Of a stretch of DNA of 14,276 nucleotides, positions 1 through 7,529 are shown in pieces. Position numbers and translations under genes: made by a program. The first letter of the stretch is position 1. Each line of letters opens with the position of its first letter. Source of the stretch: Candidatus Dojkabacteria bacterium. Lineage in GTDB: Bacteria; Patescibacteriota; Dojkabacteria; SC72. The stretch is taken from NCBI GenBank assembly GCA_035355175.1, contig DAOQBQ010000008.1:1-14276 (forward strand), in the 5' to 3' direction. The notes beneath the pieces were generated by a model. It had not been told where the DNA came from, ran no database searches, and saw only the letters and a list, made by a program, of their open reading frames with translations.

Positions 1-465
1 CCACACGAAGTAGTAGGAAACTCAATGCATCCAACATACAAAAATGGAGAGATGTTAATGGCTAATAAAGTAACATACAGAGTATCAGAACCTAAGAGAG
101 GAGATGTAATAATATTTAAATTTTCTGATACACAAGACTTCATTAAAAGAATTATCGGTATTCCGGGTGATGAAGTAATGATTAAAGATGGGAAAATATA
201 TATCAATAACGAACTACTAGATGAATCTAAGTATCTACTATCAACCGTAATTACAAACGGTGGCTCATATCTCCACGAAGGACAAAGTATTACAATACAA
301 GAGAATGAATACTTCGTATGTGGTGATAACAGAACAAATAGCTCTGACTCAAGAGAGTTTGGACCAATAACCCAAGACAAAATAAAAGGTAAAGCCTGGA
401 TAGTGTACTTCCCATTCTCAGAGTTCAGAATTGTCCAACACGAAACATATAGCATTGGACTCTAG
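1..465 (+). CDS. lepB: Signal peptidase I (LepB family), 5'-truncated by the window edge
   Basis: Frame 1 is open from base 1 (PHEVVGNSMHPTY...), so the ORF-track ATG at 25 is internal. The catalytic-Ser box GNSMxPT, the Lys box KRIIGIPGD and box E GDNRTNSSDSR are all present. TAG stop at 463-465. Confidence 0.9.
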   Translation, partial: PHEVVGNSMHPTYKNGEMLMANKVTYRVSEPKRGDVIIFKFSDTQDFIKRIIGIPGDEVMIKDGKIYINNELLDESKYLLSTVITNGGSYLHEGQSITIQENEYFVCGDNRTNSSDSREFGPITQDKIKGKAWIVYFPFSEFRIVQHETYSIGL

Positions 466-484
466 CTGTGAAACATGGTAAATT
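456..484 (+). promoter_or_regulatory. Candidate parA promoter: -35-like TGGACT (456-461), 17-nt spacer, extended -10 TGgTAAATT (476-484). The ATG lies 6 nt after the hexamer.
   Basis: Read directly. The hexamer keeps -12T, -11A and -7T and is preceded by a TGn extension. The geometry would put the transcription start on or next to the A of ATG 491. AT-rich background makes chance matches common. Confidence 0.3.
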
Positions 485-490
485 ATCTAT

Positions 491-1282
491 ATGGAAATTT
501 TTGTAATAGCAAACCAAAAAGGTGGTGTAGGTAAAACTACTACTACCTTAAATCTAGGAGCAGCATTAGCTAAAAAAGGTAAAAAAGTTTTACTAATTGA
601 TTTAGACCCACAAGCCAACCTATCATCTGGCCTGGGTTTCACACAACAGTTTGATAAACAGAGTTGGGATACTAACGAACAAGCTCCTTACAAAAGTATA
701 TACGATGTTATTGTTAATTCTGTACCTATTCAATCTGTATTTGTATCTACCTCAACCACTAACCTATTTCTAGTTCCCTCTCACCTATCACTAGCAGGTG
801 CAGAGATAGAAATGGTAAATATGATATCTAGAGAAACACTCCTTAGAAAAGCCATAGAAACAATTAAAGATGATTTTGATGTAGTAATAATTGATTGTCC
901 TCCATCATTAGGTTTGTTAACAATAAATGCATTAAGTGCAGCTGAACATCTTCTTATCCCTATACAGTGTGAATACTTCGCCCTTGAAGGACTAGGACAG
1001 TTAATTAATACTATGAAATTAATAAAAGGAGTTAATCCATCTCTTAAATTAGGAGGCGTTATCCTCACTATGTATGACAGTAGGACCAAACTCTCATCCA
1101 ATGTAGTATCAGATGTTAGAGAGTTCTTTAAAGATATGGCATTTGAATCAATAGTACCAAGAAATGTTAGATTATCTGAAGCTCCTTCATACGGTAAAAC
1201 AATATTTCAATATGATTCTAAATCTACAGGAGCAATTGCCTACAGTAATCTTGCAAAAGAGTTTATTAAAAGATTTCTTTAA
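491..1282 (+). CDS. parA: Chromosome partitioning ATPase ParA/Soj
   Basis: 263 aa. Deviant Walker A in IANQKGGVGKTTTTLNLG, then LIDLDPQANLS and VVIIDCPPSLG. parB follows 17 nt downstream. Confidence 0.93.
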   Translation: MEIFVIANQKGGVGKTTTTLNLGAALAKKGKKVLLIDLDPQANLSSGLGFTQQFDKQSWDTNEQAPYKSIYDVIVNSVPIQSVFVSTSTTNLFLVPSHLSLAGAEIEMVNMISRETLLRKAIETIKDDFDVVIIDCPPSLGLLTINALSAAEHLLIPIQCEYFALEGLGQLINTMKLIKGVNPSLKLGGVILTMYDSRTKLSSNVVSDVREFFKDMAFESIVPRNVRLSEAPSYGKTIFQYDSKSTGAIAYSNLAKEFIKRFL

Positions 1283-1299
1283 ATTGTAAATATATAAAA

Positions 1300-2166
1300 A
1301 TGGAAGAAAATAGATTAGGAAAAGGATTAGCAGCATTAATAGACTCAAATCAAATAGATAACTCCAGTAGCTCATACATTGAGAAATTTGATATTACAAA
1401 AATCTTACCAAACCCATTCCAACCTAGAATGCATATTGAACCAGATGAGTTGATTGGATTAGCAGACTCAATTAGAGAAAGTGGCGTTATACAACCACTA
1501 ATTGTAACAAAAGATAAAAACTCAGAGAAGTACCTAATTATTGCTGGAGAAAGAAGATACAGAGCAGCCCAATTAGCAGGACTAAAGTATGTCCCTATTG
1601 TAATCAAAGAATCATCTCCACAACAGATGTTAGAGCTAGCATTAATAGAAAACATTCAAAGACAAGACCTTAATCCCTTAGAAGAGGCATATGCATTCAC
1701 ACAACTTCAAGACGAATTTGGAATGCCTCAAGAACAAATAGCTGTAAAAGTTGGTTTAAACAGAGTAACAATATCAAATAAAATGAGACTACTAAAGCTA
1801 CCAGACCCTGTTAAAGAGGTAGTAATGAACGAAACCATATCAGAAGGCCACGCAAGAGCACTACTTGGTATTAGAGATGAAGAATCATTAATAGCTGCTA
1901 CAGATATTGTTGTAAAAAGAGGTCTAAGTGTAAGACAAACAGAATCCTTAGTAAGAAAGATTAACTACGGTAAAAGTGCTAAATATAAAACTATTCAAAC
2001 AGATTACCCAGATCTATTAAGATACGGAGAGATGTTAACCCAAAAGATAGGCTACAGTACTAGTGTAAGAAGATTAAGTAAAGGAGGAAGAGTAATTATT
2101 AGATTCCTAAGTAAAAAAGATCTTGAAATACTACTTAAGAAATTAGGAATAGAAAACTTCGATTAA
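1300..2166 (+). CDS. parB: Chromosome partitioning protein ParB/Spo0J
   Basis: 288 aa. N-terminal LGKGLAALI, the ParB box GERRYRAA, and an HTH segment QEQIAVKVGLNRVTISNKMRLLKLP. TAA stop at 2164-2166. Confidence 0.93.
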   Translation: MEENRLGKGLAALIDSNQIDNSSSSYIEKFDITKILPNPFQPRMHIEPDELIGLADSIRESGVIQPLIVTKDKNSEKYLIIAGERRYRAAQLAGLKYVPIVIKESSPQQMLELALIENIQRQDLNPLEEAYAFTQLQDEFGMPQEQIAVKVGLNRVTISNKMRLLKLPDPVKEVVMNETISEGHARALLGIRDEESLIAATDIVVKRGLSVRQTESLVRKINYGKSAKYKTIQTDYPDLLRYGEMLTQKIGYSTSVRRLSKGGRVIIRFLSKKDLEILLKKLGIENFD

Positions 2167-2909
2167 TTAGAAACCTCTTGTCTAAGCTTCTCATACATAA
2201 GTACAGCAGCACTTACACTTACATTCAATGAACCGATTCCCTCTCTCATAGGAATAGATATTTTTTCATCAACTCTCTCTAACATACCTGTTGATATTCC
2301 GACATCCTCGGCACCCAAAACAAAAGCACAAGGACCTTTTAAATCTGTCTCAAAGTAAGTACTACCATCCATATGTACACCAAAGACCTTTATACCATTC
2401 TTTTTCAACTCTTTAATTGCTGTAAACAGATTCATCTCTACAAGAGGTATTCTTTCTGCTGCACCCATAGATATTCGAATAGTTTCATCAGTTACTAAAT
2501 TAACATCACTAGGATGGGTAATTACTCCATTAACACCAACAGCAAAAGCAGTTCTCATTATAGCTGCAATATTTTGAGTATACTTAACCTCATCAAGTAT
2601 TAAAAAAAATGGAACCTTCTTCTCTTTATAGATACTCTCTAAAAGATCATCTAAATCCCATTGATTTTGAGAATACATCATCCCTACAACACTCTCAGAG
2701 GTTGAAGCACGAAGCCTTCTCATCAATGTCTTTCTTGGAACTCTAATAACTGGGATTTTCTTTTCTTCTGCCAACTGTACAATCTCTTTTGTTTTTTCAT
2801 CTCTATATGCACTACTTGCAAGATATATTCGTTCAAAATCCCTACCCTCACGAAGCAGTTCTAACAATGCATTCTTACTCTCTATTTGGATAAATCTTTG
2901 TTTACTCAT
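2163..2909 (-). CDS. rlmB: SpoU/TrmH-family RNA 2'-O-methyltransferase, RlmB-like (probable 23S rRNA Gm methyltransferase)
   Basis: 248 aa. An N-terminal substrate-binding-type domain of about 75 aa is followed by SpoU motifs (NIAAIMRTAFAVGVNGVI, FVLGAEDVGIS, IPMREGIGSLNVSVSAAVLMYE). The target assignment rests on family resemblance only. Confidence 0.72.
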   Translation of the reverse strand: MSKQRFIQIESKNALLELLREGRDFERIYLASSAYRDEKTKEIVQLAEEKKIPVIRVPRKTLMRRLRASTSESVVGMMYSQNQWDLDDLLESIYKEKKVPFFLILDEVKYTQNIAAIMRTAFAVGVNGVITHPSDVNLVTDETIRISMGAAERIPLVEMNLFTAIKELKKNGIKVFGVHMDGSTYFETDLKGPCAFVLGAEDVGISTGMLERVDEKISIPMREGIGSLNVSVSAAVLMYEKLRQEVSN

Positions 2910-2913
2910 CTCC

Positions 2914-3180
2914 TTAAAGAGATTCTATCACATCTACGAAGTATTGACCCCTCTTAAAACCACTCATCTTTCTAAACTTTACAACACCATCTATCTTTGC
3001 ATGAATAGAGTAATCTTTAGAAGAATAAACATTTTTACCAGGATGATAAACAGAACCTCTCTGCTTAACAATTATATTTCCGGATTTTACACTCTCTCCC
3101 TCATATTTTTTTACACCAAGCCTCTTACCTGCAACATGACCACCCATTGTAACACTACCTGCTCCGACAACATGTGACAT
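2914..3180 (-). CDS. rpmA: 50S ribosomal protein L27
   Basis: 88 aa. Canonical core KRLGVKKYEGESVKSGNIIVKQRGSVYHPGKNV...HAKIDGVVKF. ATG at 3178-3180, with an in-frame TAA five codons upstream (3193-3195). The N-terminal tail is atypical (see findings). Confidence 0.93.
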   Translation of the reverse strand: MSHVVGAGSVTMGGHVAGKRLGVKKYEGESVKSGNIIVKQRGSVYHPGKNVYSSKDYSIHAKIDGVVKFRKMSGFKRGQYFVDVIESL

Positions 3181-3201
3181 ATCTCTGTATAATTAATTTA
3201 A

Positions 3202-4368
3202 CTACCTCTTTTCGAGTATGAAAATATTCCTTGAGATAATACTATTTATCCTCTTCCATTTCAAGTCCCCTGATCCATATTTTTTATTCAGTATATTCCA
3301 CTTCTTACCAATTAAACTATTTAAATTAAATGTTTTCCACCCTCTATCTGTCTTGTACTCAGGAACAATTAATACAACTTTAAATCCTTTATGAGATATC
3401 TCATTTAAAACAGTAAAAAGAGATTCATACAAACTTCTTACATTTTCAAGTAACTCTTCTGCCTTAAATTCACTTACAACTCTTCTCTGAGGTGGTCCCA
3501 TAAAAGGTTCACACACAACAGCATTAATACCTGTGCTCTTTAAATCTTTAATAATTCGCTTTTCAACATTACGAATATCTAATTGAAATATATTATACCT
3601 ATTACTCTCAATTAGACCCTCTTTAGATAACCACTTAATATTTTTATCAGCACTTTCTAATGCACCTAAATCAATATCAGAACCCAATATGTCAAAACCC
3701 AGTACAGCTGCCTCCATTAATACAGTACCACTACCACAGAATGGATCCCACAAAATTCCACTTCGCAAACCAGTAAGATTACACATAATACGAGCTAATT
3801 TCTGAGGTAATACACCCATATCAAAATCAACACTTGGCCTATCTAAATCCCTTTTAACAAAAGAATCTATATCTTGAATACCCAATGTATTACCGTATAC
3901 TCTCTGTCCATTTATATCAAATATACATAACTCAAAACCATCACTTAATATCTCATTATAAATTATCTGAGCAGCGTTTAACTCTCCTTTTTGAGGAAGA
4001 ATAAATCGAGAAGATACACCACTCTCCTTAAATCCTCTCTTAATCTCATTAGATAATCTTTGAATATCTTTAATCTTAATATCGCTATACCCTAATACAG
4101 AAATCCCATATACAACCTTTTTCATATCAAAATACGGAAGTAAAAATGTATCTACATTCTCGATAACCTCTCCATAACGAATAAAACTACCAGCTCTTTT
4201 AAATATTGTATCCAATATCTCTTTAGTAATACTATTACTATCTATGAACAGAATTGATTCATTACCTTTCTTTATACTATCCTTTGAAACATTAAAAGCC
4301 TCTAAGAGTATAGAAAGCTCTGCAAGAGAAATATCTGGGAAATTACCACACTCAAAAAAATATCGCAT
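3202..4368 (-). CDS. Class I SAM-dependent methyltransferase with a Trm11/Trm-G10-like (THUMP-type) N-terminal region; probable RNA methyltransferase
   Basis: 388 aa. The N-terminus MRYFFECGNFPDISLAELSILLEAF resembles Trm11-family N-termini. It is followed by MGVLPQKLARIMCNL, SAM motif I WDPFCGSGTVLMEA, GSDID, and a motif-IV-like VVCEPFMGPP. The ATG (4366-4368) shares one base with the rplU TAA (4368-4370). Confidence 0.7.
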   Translation of the reverse strand: MRYFFECGNFPDISLAELSILLEAFNVSKDSIKKGNESILFIDSNSITKEILDTIFKRAGSFIRYGEVIENVDTFLLPYFDMKKVVYGISVLGYSDIKIKDIQRLSNEIKRGFKESGVSSRFILPQKGELNAAQIIYNEILSDGFELCIFDINGQRVYGNTLGIQDIDSFVKRDLDRPSVDFDMGVLPQKLARIMCNLTGLRSGILWDPFCGSGTVLMEAAVLGFDILGSDIDLGALESADKNIKWLSKEGLIESNRYNIFQLDIRNVEKRIIKDLKSTGINAVVCEPFMGPPQRRVVSEFKAEELLENVRSLYESLFTVLNEISHKGFKVVLIVPEYKTDRGWKTFNLNSLIGKKWNILNKKYGSGDLKWKRINSIISRNIFILEKR

Positions 4369-4700
4369 TATTTAATCTCTTTAACCAATACTTTAGTAAT
4401 TAAAGCTCTATGACCCATACTCCTTCTGTATCTAGACTTAGATTTATACTTAAACACCTCTACCTTCTTATCTTTCTTTTGAGATGTTATTTCAAGTATA
4501 ACCTTACTATCCTTAACAGTAGGATTACCTAATTTCGTATCAGTACCATCAGAAACTAAAAGTACATCATTAATCTCTACCTTATCACCCTTATTACCAG
4601 CTAATTTATTAACTTCGTACTCATTACCCTCATATACCTTTAACTGAGTTCCACTTATCTTTATTACTGCAAATTTTTCTTTATTACTATTTTTATTCAT
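4368..4700 (-). CDS. rplU: 50S ribosomal protein L21
   Basis: FAVIKISGTQLKVYEG...VEVFKYKSKSRYRRSMGHRALITKVLVKEI is typical L21. The ORF track starts at a TTG (4704-4706). I prefer the ATG at 4698-4700, two codons in, because a strong promoter -10 ends at 4710. Confidence 0.9.
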   Translation of the reverse strand: MNKNSNKEKFAVIKISGTQLKVYEGNEYEVNKLAGNKGDKVEINDVLLVSDGTDTKLGNPTVKDSKVILEITSQKKDKKVEVFKYKSKSRYRRSMGHRALITKVLVKEIK

Positions 4701-4709
4701 GACCAAAGG

Positions 4710-4738
4710 ATTTTAAGTTATTAATTAATAATTGTCAA
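4710..4738 (-). promoter_or_regulatory. Candidate sigma70-type promoter for rplU: TTGACA (4738->4733), 17-nt spacer, TAAAAT (4715->4710)
   Basis: Perfect -35, optimal 17-nt spacer and a 5/6 -10, read on the minus strand. This is the best consensus match I found in the window. The -35 lies in the last ftsW codons (I-D-N). The -10 ends 9 nt before ATG 4700. Confidence 0.45.
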
Positions 4739-6032
4739 TTATATTCCTATTATTTTTACTAACATTACTACTGTTGATTATACTTTGAACAACACCTAAA
4801 GAAAAGAGAGTCATAACGGTTATGGTTCCCCCTGCACTAACCAAAGGAAGCGGTATACCAGTTGCTGGTATTACTCCAAGATTAGTACCGATATTAATAA
4901 ATATCTCTAATACCATTTTCATAGTTACACCTATTAATATCATACTTAAGAATGTATTTCGTGCATTATCTATCGATATATTAAGAACCCTAATGGTTAT
5001 AACTGAGAAAAGAACGAGTAAAAACAGAGATCCCACTAGCCCAAACTCTTCGGCATAAGAGGCAAAAATGAAATCTGTTTGATGCTCAGGTAAAAAATCT
5101 CTCTTACTCTGTGTGCCGTTACCAAAACCCTTCCCCCATATCTGACCCGAACCTATCGCTATTCTCGCTTGATTAACATTAAACCCAATATCTTTAGTGT
5201 TTTCTGTTGGGTTCAGAAACGCCTCTATCCTATCTTTTTGATACTCTTTTAAAACATTCTTGTATAAAACAACAGAGGTAGAACCAACCATTATCCCAAT
5301 TAAAAAACTAATTACAATGAGTACTCTCCAATTATCTCTATAGTAATATGCCAATATACTTATAACTATTGCAGCTATACTTAACAGAATATATATCCAA
5401 TTATCAGTAAAACTAATTAAAAAAAGCGATGATGATACTAATCCAACGACTATCAAAGCCACAGTATTTCGTAGTTGATTACTCAAACCAGTAAATGCAA
5501 CTAAAAACCAAATAAATAATATTAAAAAGGACATACTACCAGCAGGCTCAAAGTATACTAGTAAGAATATAGGTAAAACAGCTATAAAAGATATTAGAAA
5601 CAGTAACCACTGATTATACCTATGTTTAAATGAAAAAATACTAGCAGTAACAAGTATCACTGTAATCTTTGCTATCTCAGATGGCTGTATCTGTATACCT
5701 CCAACTACTAACCATCTTTGGACATTGTTAATAACCGGACCAAGTATGAATACCAATACTAAGAGAATAATTGTAATTAAATATATAGGAATAATTATCT
5801 GTACATACTTAAAAAGAGAGATGTCTATCTTAGAAACTACTAAGTATGTTATTAATCCAAATACAACAAAACCTATCTGTTTATACACAATGGATAAATC
5901 ATTAAACTTACCATCATTTCCTATTGTAGTTGAAAGAAGGGTAAAAATCCCAATGATAGATATTAATACTGCTGGAATAAAAATATATAAATCTAATCTT
6001 AACCTTTTTTGTTTCCCATTTCCTACTTTCAT
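4725..6032 (-). CDS. ftsW: SEDS-family peptidoglycan glycosyltransferase FtsW/RodA
   Basis: 435 aa, polytopic membrane protein. Carries the SEDS signature region GSGQIWGKGFGNGTQSKRDFLPEHQTDFIFASYAEEFGLVGS and C-terminal GIPLPLVSAGGT. The FtsW call rather than RodA rests only on ftsZ proximity. Confidence 0.85.
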   Translation of the reverse strand: MKVGNGKQKRLRLDLYIFIPAVLISIIGIFTLLSTTIGNDGKFNDLSIVYKQIGFVVFGLITYLVVSKIDISLFKYVQIIIPIYLITIILLVLVFILGPVINNVQRWLVVGGIQIQPSEIAKITVILVTASIFSFKHRYNQWLLFLISFIAVLPIFLLVYFEPAGSMSFLILFIWFLVAFTGLSNQLRNTVALIVVGLVSSSLFLISFTDNWIYILLSIAAIVISILAYYYRDNWRVLIVISFLIGIMVGSTSVVLYKNVLKEYQKDRIEAFLNPTENTKDIGFNVNQARIAIGSGQIWGKGFGNGTQSKRDFLPEHQTDFIFASYAEEFGLVGSLFLLVLFSVITIRVLNISIDNARNTFLSMILIGVTMKMVLEIFINIGTNLGVIPATGIPLPLVSAGGTITVMTLFSLGVVQSIINSSNVSKNNRNIIDNY

Positions 6033-6250
6033 TCTTTCTTTACTTCAATTAATTTCTTCTTACCTTTAAGCCCATGAATAATATTAACAGAACTTTTTGG
6101 AATATTAAAATATGAAGATATGATATCTATTAATTCTATGTTTGCTTTATTGTTATGAGGTTTATTCTTTAATGATACTAAATAGTTTGAACCTATTTTT
6201 TCAATCTTACTTTCTATAGATGAAGTTTTTACTTTGACTTCTATTATCAC
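6029..6250 (-). CDS. DUF167 (YggU-like) small protein
   Basis: 73 aa. IEVKVKTSS...YLVSLKNKPHNNKANIELIDIISSYFNIPKSSVNIIHGLKGKKKLIEV aligns with the YggU pattern (P..dGkAN..l...L...f.v.KS.V.i..G..sr.K.i.i). GTG start at 6248-6250 with no internal Met. The TGA stop overlaps the ftsW ATG (ATGA at 6029-6032). Confidence 0.8.
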   Translation of the reverse strand: MIIEVKVKTSSIESKIEKIGSNYLVSLKNKPHNNKANIELIDIISSYFNIPKSSVNIIHGLKGKKKLIEVKKE

Positions 6251-6252
6251 TA

Positions 6253-7494
6253 CTATTTCTTTTTACCAAACATTTTTCTCATAAAAGCTGGTTTATCCAA
6301 TGGATCATCAAAATCATCCTCTATCTCTATTTTCTTAGCAGCACCTTTGTAGAAATCTTCATCCTCCTTCTCTTCTTCCTCATCCTCTTTCTTACTTTCT
6401 ACTGCATCAAAAGATTTCTCCTCTTTCTCTTCATAGTCATCATCTTCCTTATCAAAATCTGAAGATGATATTGGAATACCTCCTAACCCGAATGCATCGT
6501 CATCATCATCTCCTTTCTGTTGTTTTGTATATACCTGTTTCTTCTCATCAAAACCGGTTGCAACGATTGTAATTACAATTTCATCACCTAAAGAAGGATC
6601 TATCTGAGCTCCAAATTTGATGTTAGCAGAAGGATCAACAGCCTCTTGTATGAGTTCCGAAACCATACTTATCTCAGGAAGAGTTAAATCAGAACCAACA
6701 ATATTGTAAAGAACCCCTGTTGCTCCCTCAATTGACATATCAAGTAGTGGGCTAGTCGTGGCTGCTCTAGCTGCTAACTCTGCTCTCTTATCACCAGTAG
6801 CTCTACCAATACCCATCAGGGCTGTACCTGCATTTTGCATTACTGATTTAGCATCATTAAAGTCTGCATTAATATATCCTGTTTGGCTAATTAATGTAGA
6901 GATACTGTTAACACCCTCAGCTAGTACAGAATCAACCATCTTCATTGCTTCAATAAAGGAAATATTTGCATCCGCTATCTCAAGTAATCTTTGATTAGGA
7001 ACAACTATCAATGTATCCACCTTATCTCTTAAGCTATTTATTCCATCCTCTGCAATCTCTCTTCTTCTATTACCCTCAAAATCAAATGGCTTTGTTACTA
7101 CAGCGACAGTCAATGCACCCATATTCTTAGCCACACCAGCAATTATTGGAGCAGCACCTGTACCTGTTCCCCCACCCATACCTGCAGTTATAAATACCAT
7201 ATCTGCACCCTCCAAGTGCTCTTGAATCTGGTCTAAACTCTCCTCTGCTGCTTGTGCACCTAACTCTTGATTTCCACCAACACCGAGTCCTTTGGTTAAT
7301 GTCTCACCAAGCTGAAGTGTAACAGGTGCTTTAGATAGTTTAAGTGTCTGAGCATCAGTATTGAAAGCCATAAACTCTACTCCCGGAATATCATAATCCG
7401 TCATCATAGTATTAATGGCATTACATCCACCACCACCCACTCCTATTACTTTTATCTTAGCAACAGGATCTACATTTGTTGTAATTAAAGGCAT
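6253..7494 (-). CDS. ftsZ: Cell division GTPase FtsZ
   Basis: 413 aa. IKVIGVGGGGCNAINTM, tubulin signature GMGGGTGTGAAPIIA, NQRL, then an acidic linker and the C-terminal peptide DDPLDKPAFMRKMFGKKK. Confidence 0.97.
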   Translation of the reverse strand: MPLITTNVDPVAKIKVIGVGGGGCNAINTMMTDYDIPGVEFMAFNTDAQTLKLSKAPVTLQLGETLTKGLGVGGNQELGAQAAEESLDQIQEHLEGADMVFITAGMGGGTGTGAAPIIAGVAKNMGALTVAVVTKPFDFEGNRRREIAEDGINSLRDKVDTLIVVPNQRLLEIADANISFIEAMKMVDSVLAEGVNSISTLISQTGYINADFNDAKSVMQNAGTALMGIGRATGDKRAELAARAATTSPLLDMSIEGATGVLYNIVGSDLTLPEISMVSELIQEAVDPSANIKFGAQIDPSLGDEIVITIVATGFDEKKQVYTKQQKGDDDDDAFGLGGIPISSSDFDKEDDDYEEKEEKSFDAVESKKEDEEEEKEDEDFYKGAAKKIEIEDDFDDPLDKPAFMRKMFGKKK

Positions 7495-7529
7495 AAGTCA
7501 ATTAAACTTAAATTTTATATCTGGGCAGT

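Noticed and set aside
468-644. parS-like half-sites: GTGAAACA at 468-475, just upstream of parA, and GTTTCAC at 638-644 inside parA.
   Set aside because: Neither has the partner half of the 16-bp palindrome TGTTTCACGTGAAACA. The best 16-mers match only about 8-9 of 16 positions. Other GAAACA occurrences (near 8586 and 9541) are equally incomplete. I found no full parS in the window by eye, so a proper pattern scan is still advisable.
2910-2914. AGGAG on the minus strand, upstream of the rlmB-like ATG, as a possible Shine-Dalgarno.
   Set aside because: It directly abuts the ATG with zero spacing (TAAGGAGATG) and overlaps the rpmA stop region. It is too close to function as a canonical SD.
4704-4706. 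TTG start for rplU (as in the ORF track), and the GTG start at 11332-11334 for the cohesin-like gene.
   Set aside because: An ATG lies two codons (rplU) or six codons (cohesin-like gene) downstream. In both cases a promoter-like -10 element overlaps or abuts the upstream alternative start. For the cohesin-like protein, the ATG gives a textbook signal peptide.
6029-6031. Possible alternative genetic code (UGA recoding), as seen in some candidate phyla.
   Set aside because: All long ORFs are intact under the standard code. UGA terminates the DUF167 gene at a sensible length. An RF2 gene is present at 13815.
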